The notes: generated by a model from the letters alone, not told the origin. Positions 18,079 through 28,502 are shown, counted from the stretch's first letter. The stretch is DNA of 64,000 bases from Nitrospirota bacterium (GCA_021826965.1 JAKAYA010000008.1:3060-67059), one strand, 5' to 3'. Numbers and translations: made by a program.

Positions 18079-19287
18079 ATGTTTCTCTACGAAATGAAAT
18101 CTCCCAACAGTTTTTTTGGTCCACCTTTCCCTCCGCGTCGGGCCTTTGACAAACTTTTTAATGCCATGGGACCTTATCAGGGTCTTTTCTATCAGAACAG
18201 GCGTCTGATTCTCCAGTCCACCGCCTTGCGGGGAGTCTGGCCCGAAGCCGAGCATAACCGTTCCTGGGGAGATTTTCTTTCTCACCTTCCAAAGATGATC
18301 TCTCCGGGAGAAAAAACCCATCTGGAAGAATTCCTGAAAGCGGTCGTCCACCTGGACAAACCCTATTCGGACCGGTTCGTTCTCGCATCGAACGTTCTTC
18401 GGGAATTTACCTTTCTGTTCATTCACATTCATCCGACTCGTTTTGGATTTCACCTTGTCCTGGTTCCCGCCTCCGAACGGGCCGATGTCGAATCTGTCCA
18501 TCAGTCGCTGTCTCGAAAGGACCACGACCCTCTTTTTCAGGAGATGGAAAACTGGATCCGGGAAATGGAATCGGAAGAGCTGATGTCCGAAGCGATTCGA
18601 TCCGTGCCGGATCTTTACCGGAACGATGTCTTCTTTCAACGGATCGTCTCCTATCTTTCGGCCGACGGCACGGAAGAACAGGCCCGACTGGTCTACCGGG
18701 AGAGAAATGAACGCTGGGTCCGGGATATCTTCGATGAAAATACGGATTATCATGCCGAAGCGGCTCCCCGCATTCACGCGAAGATCGAAAACGGGGACAT
18801 CCAGATGAACATCACCCTTTTTGTCGGGCAGGTCCACCCGTTGTCCTGGGCAGCCATCCTCTATCAAACCCTCGGCAAAAAATCTCTCTCCCGTTTTTAT
18901 GAGTTCGTCCGGAATTTTTCGGACAAATCCGCGTATCTCGCTCAGGATTTTGTCTCACACACATTCGAGTATTCGAAATTCTGGATTGGTCAAGGCTACC
19001 GGATGGAGTCTCTGCGGACAATCGCCGGCCTCCTCTCCGACGCTCCCCTGTCGCTTCCGGTGATTCCGATCTGGGGACTGACAAGCGATACCCTGGCAAT
19101 CATCCGCCAGGCAACCCGACTTTCGGATCCGGTCTTTCTGGACTGGGAAAAAGGACTGGCTGTCATTCTGCTTCGAAACTGCAGTCTGGAGGCGGCCCAA
19201 AAAACGGTATTCGGCAATTTGTCCAAACGCATGCAGCTCCCGCTCGAACCTCCGGTCACCGTAGGAAGCTTTCTCGAAAACAACTGA
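18079..19287 (+). CDS. hypothetical protein with possible highly degenerate GGDEF-like C-terminus
   Basis: 402-aa ORF with host-like coding pattern; C-terminal ATRLSDPVF..LAVILLRNCSLEAA. Confidence 0.6.
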   Translation: MFLYEMKSPNSFFGPPFPPRRAFDKLFNAMGPYQGLFYQNRRLILQSTALRGVWPEAEHNRSWGDFLSHLPKMISPGEKTHLEEFLKAVVHLDKPYSDRFVLASNVLREFTFLFIHIHPTRFGFHLVLVPASERADVESVHQSLSRKDHDPLFQEMENWIREMESEELMSEAIRSVPDLYRNDVFFQRIVSYLSADGTEEQARLVYRERNERWVRDIFDENTDYHAEAAPRIHAKIENGDIQMNITLFVGQVHPLSWAAILYQTLGKKSLSRFYEFVRNFSDKSAYLAQDFVSHTFEYSKFWIGQGYRMESLRTIAGLLSDAPLSLPVIPIWGLTSDTLAIIRQATRLSDPVFLDWEKGLAVILLRNCSLEAAQKTVFGNLSKRMQLPLEPPVTVGSFLENN

Positions 19288-19472
19288 AGTTCTTCTTCAT
19301 GAAACCGTTTCCCGGTCTTTGGTTTCTCAACGGACTTTTCCATGTTACAATCGACCGAAAAAGGACCTCGGAGATGTTCGGACTCACACCGGAACGCTCT
19401 TGGCCGGAACAGCCGGTCCCGGCGAGAAACCGAACATGTTTTCAACAACCCTTATCCTCTGCGGAGCGATTC

Positions 19473-19718
19473 ATGTCCACGGAACAACCCGACCAGGTTC
19501 TTGATCTGAGAGGCGTCAAGTGTCCGTTCAATTTTGTCAAGACCAAGCTGAAGCTGGAAACCATGAAGTCCGGAGAAACACTCCGGGTCGTTCTCGATCC
19601 GGGAGAACCCGTGGCGAACGTTCCGCGGTCCGCACGGGACGAAGGACATCAGATTCTTTCCGTCATGGAGCGGGGAGACGGTCTTTACGATGTTCTCCTT
19701 CGGAAAGCCGGAGAATGA
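19473..19718 (+). CDS. tusA: TusA/SirA-family sulfur carrier
   Basis: LDLRGVKCPFNFVKTKLKLE (CPxx motif). Confidence 0.88.
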   Translation: MSTEQPDQVLDLRGVKCPFNFVKTKLKLETMKSGETLRVVLDPGEPVANVPRSARDEGHQILSVMERGDGLYDVLLRKAGE

Positions 19719-19749
19719 ATCCGAAAGATTCCTTCCACGAGGACCCGTC

Positions 19750-20052
19750 TTGAAAACCGGCATCCTTCTCTCCACCCACCCCGATAGGGGAGACGCGCGT
19801 CTGGCCCGGGCTCTCGCGGAAGAAGCCCTGAAGAAACACGACAAGGTTTACCTGTATCTTCTGGACGACGCGACGTTGAACCTCCGGGAGCCTTGGCCGA
19901 ATGAGCTGGTCGACCGCGGGGTTCATGTCTACAGCTGTGCCTATGGGGCCCAGAACCGGAAAATTTTCGACGCCGGCAAAACCACTTTTTGCGGGCTGGT
20001 CGTCCTGACGCAATTGATGGAAGGTTGCGACCGGTTCGTGTCCTTCAACTGA
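19750..20052 (+). CDS. DsrE/TusD-like sulfurtransferase
   Basis: VYLYLLDDA, VYSCAYGAQNR active Cys, GLVVLTQLMEGCDRFVSF. Confidence 0.75.
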   Translation: MKTGILLSTHPDRGDARLARALAEEALKKHDKVYLYLLDDATLNLREPWPNELVDRGVHVYSCAYGAQNRKIFDAGKTTFCGLVVLTQLMEGCDRFVSFN

Positions 20053-20066
20053 CAGAAAGGGCTCCA

Positions 20067-20435
20067 TTGTCCGAACGCACGGAAAAGAATCCAGAAAGGA
20101 CCCCTTCAAACGCGACCCTCGTCTTCATCAAGAGCGACCCCCGGGAGTCGACCAGACCGGCCGAAGCCGTGCGAGTCACGGCCGGTCTGGTCGGCGGAGA
20201 GATCCCGGTCAGTCTCTATCTCTTTCGGGAAGCGCTTCCGTTGTTTGAAGACAATCTGGAAGACATGGAAGACGGTGAGATCCTGACAAAGTTCTGGAAC
20301 CAGTTTCCCGACATGGGAGTAGACATTTTTTACGAACCGGATCCCGCAGTGACACCTCCCGGCGGTGCCCGGCCCATGTCTCCGGAAGAACTCTCGGAAT
20401 ATCTGGACCGATTTTCCCAGTTTCTGTTTTTTTGA
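20067..20435 (+). CDS. DsrF/TusC-like protein
   Basis: SDPRESTRPAEAVRVTAGL, VSLYLFREA, short DsrE/F fold; operon position. Confidence 0.6.
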   Translation: MSERTEKNPERTPSNATLVFIKSDPRESTRPAEAVRVTAGLVGGEIPVSLYLFREALPLFEDNLEDMEDGEILTKFWNQFPDMGVDIFYEPDPAVTPPGGARPMSPEELSEYLDRFSQFLFF

Positions 20436-20504
20436 TGGTTTCGCCGGCCACCGGGTCCGGTCGGCGAACAACCCCCATTCCTTGACGCCAAAGAGAGAAC
20501 AGCC

Positions 20505-20756
20505 ATGGAAGAGAAACAATCCGGCGACTGCTTTGACATTCTTGTCCTGGTCCGCACCCCCCTGGATCCCTCCCGGACGCGTCTGCTCAAAAAAATGCTT
20601 TCCAGACCGCAAAACGGTGCGGTCCTACTGAACCCCACCATCGAATGGGAGAAAACGCCGGAGGAACGCGTTTTCCGATTGGACGAAAAGGGATTTTCCT
20701 GGCCCGAATTCTATGATCTCGTCCGTCGAAGTCCACGAATCCTGACGCTTTCCTGA
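20505..20756 (+). CDS. DsrH/TusB-like small protein
   Basis: C-terminal FSWPEFYDLVRRSPRILTL resembles the TusB terminus; fourth gene of the cluster. Confidence 0.45.
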   Translation: MEEKQSGDCFDILVLVRTPLDPSRTRLLKKMLSRPQNGAVLLNPTIEWEKTPEERVFRLDEKGFSWPEFYDLVRRSPRILTLS

Positions 20757-20875
20757 CAACGATCCGTTCAGGAACCCCGGCCCAGAATCATAGCGAAGCA
20801 AGGAAAAGCTCCGCCTCTTGTCTTTCGAGAACCGATCTTTTATTCTTTAAAGATTAGTGTATGGATCTTGTCCGT

Positions 20876-20968
20876 GGAGAGATGTCCGAGCGGCCGAAGG
20901 AGCACGACTGGAAATCGTGTAGGTGCCTAAAAAGTGCCTCGGGGGTTCGAATCCCCCTCTCTCCGCCA
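20876..20968 (+). tRNA. tRNA-Ser(GGA)
   Basis: GGAGAGA acceptor, CACGA-CTGGAAA-TCGTG anticodon arm, long variable arm, GTTCGAATC, encoded CCA. Confidence 0.97.
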
Positions 20969-21000
20969 TGAATTTCGTCCGGCAGCGAAACTGCAGAAAG

Positions 21001-21122
21001 TCTCCGGAAGGGGAGCCAGGCTCCGTGCAACAGAGCCCCGTGAACCCCGCCAGGTCCGGAAGGAAGCAACGGTAGCGGAATGCTCCGTGTGCCCCGGAAT
21101 GACCTGGTTCCCCTTCCGGAGA
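21001..21122 (+). ncRNA. ffs: signal recognition particle RNA (4.5S)
   Basis: conserved CAGGTCCGGAAGGAAGCAAC domain IV, terminal stem TCTCCGGAAGGG..CCCTTCCGGAGA, directly upstream of dnaX. Confidence 0.93.
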
Positions 21123-21155
21123 TTTCACTTCCCCTTTTATTGTCCTTCGGGTCCG

Positions 21156-22796
21156 ATGTCAACCATCTTGTCCTTGGCCAGAAAATGGCGCCCCCAGCTT
21201 TTTTCCGATCTCACCGGTCAGGAGTTTGTTGTTCAAGCTCTCACGGGTGCCCTGCAGTCCGGAAAGCTCCCCCAGGCATTGCTTTTTTCCGGAGACCGGG
21301 GAGTCGGAAAAACGACTGTAGCGCGCATCCTCGCAAAATCGATCAACTGCGCCAAGGGGCCCACGGATCAACCTTGCCAGGAATGCGAATCGTGCCTTGA
21401 AATTACACGAGGAACCTCGCCGGACGTCCTGGAGATCGACGGAGCCTCCCATACCAGCGTCGAAGACATCCGCAGCTTGCGCGAAGGAATCCGGTATCTT
21501 CCTTTCAAGAGCCGGACGCGGGTCTATATCATCGACGAAGTGCACATGCTGTCGCAGGCCGCGTTCAATGCCCTTCTGAAGACTCTGGAAGAGCCACCCG
21601 CCCACGTCATTTTTATCTTCGCCACGACTGAAGACCATAAGATCCCGGACACCATCCTGTCCCGATGCCAGCATTTTCGCTTCCGGTCTCTTGGTGTTCC
21701 CGAAATCACCGCCAAGCTCGAGGATATCGCCCGACAGGAATCGCTTGCTTTTCCCCGAACTGTCCTGAACCTTATCGCACGGGCTTCCGGCGGGAGCCTT
21801 CGGGATGCGCTGAGCCTCCTGGACCAGATCCGGTTTCTTGCGGAAACCCCCAGACCCGTCGAGGATATCGCTCTTTTTCTGGGGATGGCCGGAGGGCTTC
21901 CGGAAAAGCGATTGCTCGAAGCTCTCCTGTCGGGTGACCTCAAGAGCGCCCTGGAAAATGGAGATCGAATTCTGGCAATGGGCGTAGATCCCAGAGCGAC
22001 TCTCCGTTCCCTGGCTTCCAGAGTCCGGGATCTCCTGATGTCCTCTCTTCTGGAATGCCCACTGACGGATCCCCGGTTCGCCTGGGACGAGAGCGAGATT
22101 CCGGAGACAATGCTGCCGGGAGCCTTTTTTCTGGAACAGATGCTCTCCCTTCTTCTCGAAGGGGAAATGGGCATCCGGAAATCTCCCCAGCCTTCGATTA
22201 CTTTTCTTCTCTGTCTTTGCCGGATCGTACACGTCCAGAACATTCTCCCGCTCCCCGAACTTCTCGAAAAACTGTCAAAAACAAAATCCACGGCCCCTCT
22301 TCCTGAATCAGCCTCCTCCCCTCCCGCGCCATCGCCGTCCCCATCCTTCCGAGCCGACAGGTCCTCTTCGACGTCGCCCCCGACCAATATTCCTGCCGGA
22401 AGCGATCCCCGCATTCCGTCCGACTGGCATCAGATTCTCGAAAAATGTCGCGATATCAGCCCGTCGACCCGGAATCTCCTGGAACAGTGCCCTGTGCGAA
22501 AAATCGGCCCCGGACACTTCCTTCTTCAGGCTCCAAATGCTTTTCTGGAAAAAAGGATACAGGAAGTTCTCCCCGGCTTTCAGAAAGCCGTCAAAGAACA
22601 GCTGGGAGTTCCCTTTGAACTGTCGGTGGGAACAGACGGAACCGGAAAGACATCCGAGCCGGACGCCACCGACACGCTCGCGCGCGACCATCCCCTTGTG
22701 CGGGAAGCCGCAACACTTTTCGGCGGGGAGGTCATTGTCACCCGGAAAAGCGGATTTTCACCAACGCCGACCGGAAAAGAGGAGAAAGTCGAATGA
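21156..22796 (+). CDS. dnaX: DNA polymerase III subunit gamma/tau
   Basis: LARKWRP, GDRGVGKTT, Zn Cys cluster, IIDEVHML, SRCQ. Confidence 0.95.
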   Translation: MSTILSLARKWRPQLFSDLTGQEFVVQALTGALQSGKLPQALLFSGDRGVGKTTVARILAKSINCAKGPTDQPCQECESCLEITRGTSPDVLEIDGASHTSVEDIRSLREGIRYLPFKSRTRVYIIDEVHMLSQAAFNALLKTLEEPPAHVIFIFATTEDHKIPDTILSRCQHFRFRSLGVPEITAKLEDIARQESLAFPRTVLNLIARASGGSLRDALSLLDQIRFLAETPRPVEDIALFLGMAGGLPEKRLLEALLSGDLKSALENGDRILAMGVDPRATLRSLASRVRDLLMSSLLECPLTDPRFAWDESEIPETMLPGAFFLEQMLSLLLEGEMGIRKSPQPSITFLLCLCRIVHVQNILPLPELLEKLSKTKSTAPLPESASSPPAPSPSPSFRADRSSSTSPPTNIPAGSDPRIPSDWHQILEKCRDISPSTRNLLEQCPVRKIGPGHFLLQAPNAFLEKRIQEVLPGFQKAVKEQLGVPFELSVGTDGTGKTSEPDATDTLARDHPLVREAATLFGGEVIVTRKSGFSPTPTGKEEKVE

Positions 22797-23107
22797 TGCC
22801 TGATTTCATGAAGAAAGCCCAGGAACTGCAGGAAAAAATGGCCAAGATCCAGGAAGACGCCGCCACCCGGACAGTCGAAGGATCCGCTGGAGGGAAGATG
22901 GTCATGGTGACGGTCAACGGCCGGATGGAAGTCGTCTCTTTGCACATCGAACCGGCCGTTCTCAAAAACGAAGACCCTGCCTTTATCGAAGATCTGGTCA
23001 TCGCAGCTCTGAATGACGGTCTGAAAAAGGCCAGGGACATGATGGCCCAGTCTCTTCTGGAAGCATCCGGACTCCCGCCGGGATTGGGCGGATTCCCTGG
23101 CTTCTGA
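22793..23107 (+). CDS. ybaB: YbaB/EbfC nucleoid-associated protein
   Basis: VEGSAGGKMVMVTVNG, EDLVIAALNDG; between dnaX and recR. Confidence 0.92.
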   Translation: MMPDFMKKAQELQEKMAKIQEDAATRTVEGSAGGKMVMVTVNGRMEVVSLHIEPAVLKNEDPAFIEDLVIAALNDGLKKARDMMAQSLLEASGLPPGLGGFPGF

Positions 23108-23117
23108 CGGAGCGCCC

Positions 23118-23762
23118 ATGGGATCGAACGGGAGTCGGGACGTCCTGCACAAGTCTCCTTATCCTCTCCCTTTCCACCATCTGATCGAGTCCTTCCGGGC
23201 GTTGCCGGGAATCGGGATCAAGACGGCCACCCGGCTTGCCTTCCACCTTCTCAAGGCTCCGGAAACGGATGTGACTCAACTCTCGCGACTGCTTTCGGAA
23301 CTGCGGGAATCCCTCGTCCTGTGCCCCCAATGCCAGAACATCATGGACCGCGATACCGGGCGAGACTGGTGTACAATCTGTTCGGATCCTGCGCGCGATC
23401 CGGGGACGGTCATGGTTGTCGAAGACGTTCAGACCCTTTATTCCATCGAAAGGACCGGAGAGTTCCGGGGCCGCTACCACGTGCTGCTCGGAAGACTCTC
23501 TCCCCTCGAAGGAATCGGCCCGGAAGCACTTCGGGTCCGGGAGCTTCTGGAACGGACCGGATCCGGTGAAATCCACGAGATGATTCTTGCCACCTCTCCC
23601 ACCGTGGAAGGAGAGTCCACCGCGCTCTATCTGGCCCGGCTCTTCAAACCGCTCGGAGTGAAAGTGAGCCGGATCGCTTTCGGCATCCCTGTAGGCCTTG
23701 AACTGGAATTCGTCGACGATATCACGTTGATCCGGTCCGTCGAGGCAAGACGTCCCATGTAA
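23118..23762 (+). CDS. recR: recombination mediator RecR
   Basis: LPGIGIKTATRLAFHLL, C4 Zn finger, TOPRIM ATSPTVEGE. Confidence 0.95.
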   Translation: MGSNGSRDVLHKSPYPLPFHHLIESFRALPGIGIKTATRLAFHLLKAPETDVTQLSRLLSELRESLVLCPQCQNIMDRDTGRDWCTICSDPARDPGTVMVVEDVQTLYSIERTGEFRGRYHVLLGRLSPLEGIGPEALRVRELLERTGSGEIHEMILATSPTVEGESTALYLARLFKPLGVKVSRIAFGIPVGLELEFVDDITLIRSVEARRPM

Positions 23763-23816
23763 GGAACGCCAAGCCCCCCGGACCCGAACATTTTGACCGA
23801 AGAAAGGAAAACGCCG

Positions 23817-25487
23817 ATGGAAACGCCCGGTGGCGACGGAGAACAATCAACCGGATTCCGGAGCCTGGACGAAGAAATCCGGCGCAGGCGGACTTTTGCC
23901 ATCATCTCCCATCCGGACGCCGGAAAAACGACCCTGACAGAGAAACTCCTCCTTTATGGGGGAGCCATCCACATGGCAGGTTCCATCAAAAGCCGGAAAG
24001 CAACCCGCTACGCCACGAGCGACTGGATGGAAATCGAACGACAGCGCGGGATCAGCGTGACCTCAAGCGCTCTCCAGTTCGAATTTGACGACTTTTCGGT
24101 CAACCTCCTGGACACGCCCGGGCACAAGGATTTCAGCGAAGACACCTACCGGACGCTCGAAGCGGCCGATTCAGTCATCATGCTCCTCGACGGAGCCAAG
24201 GGCATCGAACCGCAGACGCTGAAACTTTTCGAGGTGGCCCGGCTCCGGAACCTTCCGATCGTCACTTTTATCAACAAAGTGGACCGCGAATCCCTTCCCC
24301 CACTGACACTCCTTTCCGAAATTGAAAAGAACCTGTCCATCCGCGCCTTGCCCAAAAACTGGCCGATCGGCATGGGACGAACGTTTCGAGGGGTTTTCGA
24401 CCTCGTCGAACGGAAGGCCCATCTCTATGTGGCGCAGGAACACGGAAGCGCCCGTTCGGCAGAGGAGATCACAGACGCTTCGGATCCCCGGCTGACAGCC
24501 ATGCTGTCGGGTATCGGGATCGGAGAGGAATTTTGGGAAGAGGTCGATCTGCTCGATTCGGATATCGGAATCTGGGACGACTTCGCGTTCCGGAAAGGTC
24601 AGATTACCCCCGTCTTTTTCGGTAGCGCCCTGAACAATTTCGGCGTAGAAGTTTTTCTCAAGGCCTTTCTGAGACTGTCTCCCCCTCCCGGTCCCCATAT
24701 GAGCGACATCGGCCCCATTTCTCCGGAAAACTCCCTCTTCTCGGGGTTCATCTTCAAGATCCAGGCCAACATGGACCCCCAGCACCGGGATCGTTTCGCT
24801 TTTCTCCGGGTGTGCTCCGGCCAGTTCCGAAAAGGGATGACCGCCCGGAATGTCAATACGGGACAAGATGTTCGACTGTCAAAAACCCTGCAGTTCATGG
24901 GGCAGAAAAGGGAGGCGGTCGAAGTTGCCTTCCCAGGCGATATCATCGGCCTCCACGATCCGGGCATCTTTCACATCGGAGATACGCTGGCCGAAAAAGG
25001 CGATTTCGTCTATGAAGGGATCCCTCATTTTTCTCCGGAATTTTTCGTCCGCGTGCAGATCGAGGATCCTCTGAAACGGAAACATCTCCGCAAAGGGCTT
25101 TTTCAGATCGCGGAGGAGGGCGCCATTCAGATCTTCACTCTGGATCCCGAAGGAGAACGCGATGTCCTTGTGGGGGCGGTGGGCCAGCTGCAGTTCGAGG
25201 TCCTGAAATTCCGTCTGGAACATGAGTACAAAGTCCGCGCCAAGCTGGATCCCATGAACTACGACAGGGTTCGCTGGATCACCGGGAGTCCGGAACTGGT
25301 GTCGAACCTGTCGAACACGCTCGACACCCTCCTGGTCTTCGACCGCGAAAAAAGCCCGGTCGCCCTCTTCCGGAACGAATGGGCCCTCCGGTACGTCGTC
25401 GAGAAATATCCTTCACTCGGCTTTCACGGAACTTCCCCTCGCACCTTCCGTAAAAACGGGGGATCGCGCGAGGGGTTCCGGAACTGA
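23817..25487 (+). CDS. prfC: peptide chain release factor 3
   Basis: RRRTFAIISHPDAGKTTLTEKLLL, SDWMEIERQRGISV, FKIQANMDPQHRDR. Confidence 0.97.
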   Translation: METPGGDGEQSTGFRSLDEEIRRRRTFAIISHPDAGKTTLTEKLLLYGGAIHMAGSIKSRKATRYATSDWMEIERQRGISVTSSALQFEFDDFSVNLLDTPGHKDFSEDTYRTLEAADSVIMLLDGAKGIEPQTLKLFEVARLRNLPIVTFINKVDRESLPPLTLLSEIEKNLSIRALPKNWPIGMGRTFRGVFDLVERKAHLYVAQEHGSARSAEEITDASDPRLTAMLSGIGIGEEFWEEVDLLDSDIGIWDDFAFRKGQITPVFFGSALNNFGVEVFLKAFLRLSPPPGPHMSDIGPISPENSLFSGFIFKIQANMDPQHRDRFAFLRVCSGQFRKGMTARNVNTGQDVRLSKTLQFMGQKREAVEVAFPGDIIGLHDPGIFHIGDTLAEKGDFVYEGIPHFSPEFFVRVQIEDPLKRKHLRKGLFQIAEEGAIQIFTLDPEGERDVLVGAVGQLQFEVLKFRLEHEYKVRAKLDPMNYDRVRWITGSPELVSNLSNTLDTLLVFDREKSPVALFRNEWALRYVVEKYPSLGFHGTSPRTFRKNGGSREGFRN

Positions 25488-26354
25488 TTTGAGGATGACC
25501 ATCCGGTAGGGATAGGGAAGCTCGATATTTTCCTTCTGAAAACGCTCCGCCAGGGCGAAATTGAGATCGCTGATGACGGTGTGCCGGAGGATCCCGTCCC
25601 GCACCCAGAATACAAGTTCCAGATCGAACGAGGACTCCCCGAAATCCTTGAACCAGACAACCGGTGCGGGGTTCGGAAGAACTTCCGGATGCGCAAGCGC
25701 CACGTCCAGCATGCTCGACCGTGCCCGGTCGAGCATAGCCACGTCCATACCGATTCCTACGTTCAGGTGCAACCGGATTTTTTTGTCCAGATGACTCCAG
25801 TTGATCACCTTGTTGGTGATGAAGTGGCTATTCGGGATGATGATGGCCACATTATCGCGGCTCATGATGGTCGTCGAACGCGGACGAATCTCCTTGACAC
25901 TCCCCAGGACCCCGTCAAGTTCGATCAGATCTCCGACCTGAATGGATTTTTCCATCAGAATAACGAACAACGCAATAATATTTGCTGCGACCCCCTGAAG
26001 GCCGATACCGAATCCCAGTCCGACGACGCCCAGAACACCTTCCAGAGACGTCACCTGTATTCCCAGATTTTCCAGCGCGATCATGGCGGTCAGAAGAAGG
26101 ATCAGATAGCCGGAAAATGTCGAGAACATCTTCATCAGATGTTCTCCCTGGGGATTCCTCTGGTTGGCAGCCCTTTTTTCGAACGCGCGCCGCACAAGGC
26201 CCTTGATGATCAGGCCCAGGATGATGATCAGGAGGAAATCGAGAAGGCCCGCAAAGGTGACGGGCGTTTTTCCCAGGGTGAAGAGAATCGTTTCGTGATG
26301 ATGTGAAGAACTCGAAGAAAAAGAGATTGTATGAACTTCAGAGGGAAATGGCAC
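25413..26354 (-). CDS. MscS-family mechanosensitive channel
   Basis: GIGLQGVAANI, IQVGDLIEL, IIIPNS, FGESS. Confidence 0.9.
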   Translation of the reverse strand: MPFPSEVHTISFSSSSSHHHETILFTLGKTPVTFAGLLDFLLIIILGLIIKGLVRRAFEKRAANQRNPQGEHLMKMFSTFSGYLILLLTAMIALENLGIQVTSLEGVLGVVGLGFGIGLQGVAANIIALFVILMEKSIQVGDLIELDGVLGSVKEIRPRSTTIMSRDNVAIIIPNSHFITNKVINWSHLDKKIRLHLNVGIGMDVAMLDRARSSMLDVALAHPEVLPNPAPVVWFKDFGESSFDLELVFWVRDGILRHTVISDLNFALAERFQKENIELPYPYRMVILKSVPEPLARSPVFTEGARGSSVKAE

Positions 26355-26428
26355 CGACAGCCCCGGAACTGGACATTTGCAACCGAATGAATGGCTTCTC
26401 CCGAACGACCGGAAGAAAGGACAAGATA

Positions 26429-26521
26429 TGGCGGAGAGGCAGGGATTCGAACCCTGGGTGAGGCTTTAGACCCCACATCCGCTTAGCAGGCGGACGCCTT
26501 CGACCACTCGGCCACCTCTCC
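26429..26521 (-). tRNA. tRNA-Ser(GCT)
   Basis: reverse complement GGAGAGGTGGCCGAGTGGTC..TCCGC-CTGCTAA-GCGGA..GTTCGAATC..CCA. Confidence 0.97.
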
Positions 26522-26544
26522 GGAAGATGATTTCGCATAGTGTT

Positions 26545-26630
26545 TGGCGGAGGGGGTAGGATTCGAACCCACGGAGCTTTCGCTCTACGGTTTTCAAGAC
26601 CGCCGCCTTCGACCGCTCGGCCACCCCTCC
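26545..26630 (-). tRNA. tRNA-Ser(TGA)
   Basis: reverse complement GGAGGGGTGGCCGAGCGG..GCGGT-CTTGAAA-ACCGT..GTTCGAATC..CCA. Confidence 0.97.
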
Positions 26631-27084
26631 GGACCGGACCGATGCTCCGTCTCCCGACGGAAAACACATGGTTCCAGAATGTAGCACAGAGGAAAAAGTA
26701 TGACAACGCCGCGGAGCTCCGAGTCCTGACCATCGCTTGAAAAACCGGGGTCTCGTCTTGGACCGGAAACCTCCTTCTCAACGGATCGACTCACCCGCCG
26801 CGTTCGTGACGATGAATCCTTTCCATCCCGGATTAACTTCCGAAACAAGACAAGGCCCGTCGAACGAAATCCAACAGGTTTTCCCTGGATCCCAAGATTC
26901 TTCCTGCGCTGGAAAGGAAGAATGTGCCTTCCGCTTGCCCCGGATGGCCCCGTCGACATGGTGACAAGCAGTCGCCCCGAGCGTCCCTGCCGGATCTCGT
27001 CGCCGGGACTGAGAGACTGGGCTCGAGAGGGCCAGGTCCCGATACATGGCGACGCTTCCGGCCCGGAAAGGGATCAGACTGTTC

Positions 27085-27903
27085 CTAATGGCCCACCGGT
27101 GCGCGGAGCGTTCCATTGGCGTTATTATTGGGGTTTGCCGGAGCCTGCGTCGAGGGAGACCCAGGAATGTCCGGCCCGTTATCCGGCGCGAGCAGGGGAT
27201 TGAAGCGGCCTTGTCCGCCGGACCCCTCCTTGACCGGATGAAGAATCGTCGAAATCCAGGCGATCGCTCTCTTGACGCCCCGGTCTTCCGGGTCGAGCAG
27301 GGCGGCCGTTTTTTCTTCCGACAGCCCTTCCTCCGGAAAACCGAGATGAGCCAGCGCCACTCCCAGCACCATGTGCGCCGAGGGGTCCGATTTCCGGAGT
27401 TTGATCGCCGCCTCTTCCGAGGCCCTGGCCAGCCGCCAGTTTCTTCGGGATGCGTAGGCCCAACCGATAGCTTCCCAGGCCATTTCGTCTTTCGGGTTCA
27501 GAGCAAGAGCCTGTCGTTCGGACCGGATTTCCTGCCGGAAATGACCGGTGTTCCCGAGAGCGATCCCGAGACTGACCCTCGCAGCCTCACTTTTTGGGTT
27601 CAGGACAAGGGCTTTCTTCTCTTCTGCCACAGCCCTGACGTTTTCATCCAGTTTTCCATAGGCCAGTCCCAGAAGGAAGTGAACCATGGCATAATCCGGG
27701 TAGTTCTTCAAAAGGTTGCGGAGAACGGGAACCGCCTTTTCCGGTTTGTCTTCAAGAATCAACCGGGCGCTTTTGTGAAGGGGCACCGTCAGTCCGGGCG
27801 GATCGTCCGGCCCCGAAAGAGGCTCCCCGTTACCTGCAGACGCAAGGAAAAAAAACAGACAGACAAGAACGAAAACAGAATATATCCCGAACCGGCACGG
27901 CAA
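27085..27903 (-). CDS. secreted TPR-repeat protein
   Basis: signal peptide; repeats such as HFLLGLAY, ALVLNPKS, ALALNPKD. Confidence 0.8.
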   Translation of the reverse strand: MPCRFGIYSVFVLVCLFFFLASAGNGEPLSGPDDPPGLTVPLHKSARLILEDKPEKAVPVLRNLLKNYPDYAMVHFLLGLAYGKLDENVRAVAEEKKALVLNPKSEAARVSLGIALGNTGHFRQEIRSERQALALNPKDEMAWEAIGWAYASRRNWRLARASEEAAIKLRKSDPSAHMVLGVALAHLGFPEEGLSEEKTAALLDPEDRGVKRAIAWISTILHPVKEGSGGQGRFNPLLAPDNGPDIPGSPSTQAPANPNNNANGTLRAPVGH

Positions 27904-27939
27904 AAGACGTTCCTTTCATAATGTGGAGATACTCGATCC

Positions 27940-28428
27940 ATGGTACCCGAAAATCCCGCCGACGAAAATGCGGACAGAAGCTGGATGGCCGAAGCGCTCA
28001 CGGAAGCACGATGTGCGCTGAAAATAGACGAGATACCGGTCGGTGCACTGCTGGTAAGCCCGGACGGTCGCATTCTCGGGAGAGGACACAACCAGCGCCT
28101 CCACGCGTTGGACCCGACGGGTCATGCCGAAATCATCGCCCTCCGGGATGCCGCACTTCGCCAAAAAAACTATCGTCTTCCCGGGACGACTCTTTATGTG
28201 ACGGTCGAACCCTGCCTGATGTGTTTCGGGGCTCTTCTTGAAGCACGGGTGGAAACAGTGGTGTTCGGGATCCGCGAACCCCGATGGGGGGTCGCGGGAT
28301 CCCTGTACGACCTGCAGAACGACCCACGGTTTCCACATCGCATCCGTGTCCGCGAAGGCCTCCTGGCAGAAGAATGCCGGGCCCTCATCCAGTCTTTTTT
28401 CCGGACACGACGCTTTCGGGAAAATTGA
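27940..28428 (+). CDS. tadA: tRNA adenosine(34) deaminase TadA
   Basis: EIPVGA, DPTGHAE, YVTVEPCLMC, FFRTRR. Confidence 0.93.
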   Translation: MVPENPADENADRSWMAEALTEARCALKIDEIPVGALLVSPDGRILGRGHNQRLHALDPTGHAEIIALRDAALRQKNYRLPGTTLYVTVEPCLMCFGALLEARVETVVFGIREPRWGVAGSLYDLQNDPRFPHRIRVREGLLAEECRALIQSFFRTRRFREN

Positions 28429-28502
28429 CAGGGGAAAGGTTTGGTATCTCCTCTCTTCCCGTGATATTATACCCCTCAGGAAACGATGATTGACCCCGGA
28501 TC

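Noticed and set aside
22545-22560. AAAAAAG run in dnaX as a programmed -1 frameshift site
   Set aside because: It reads GAA AAA AGG, not the required A AAA AAG phase, and no stimulatory elements are evident
26640-27084. Short ORFs between tRNA-Ser(TGA) and the TPR gene (e.g. 26778-27116)
   Set aside because: No convincing RBS or motif; cannot be supported without a database search
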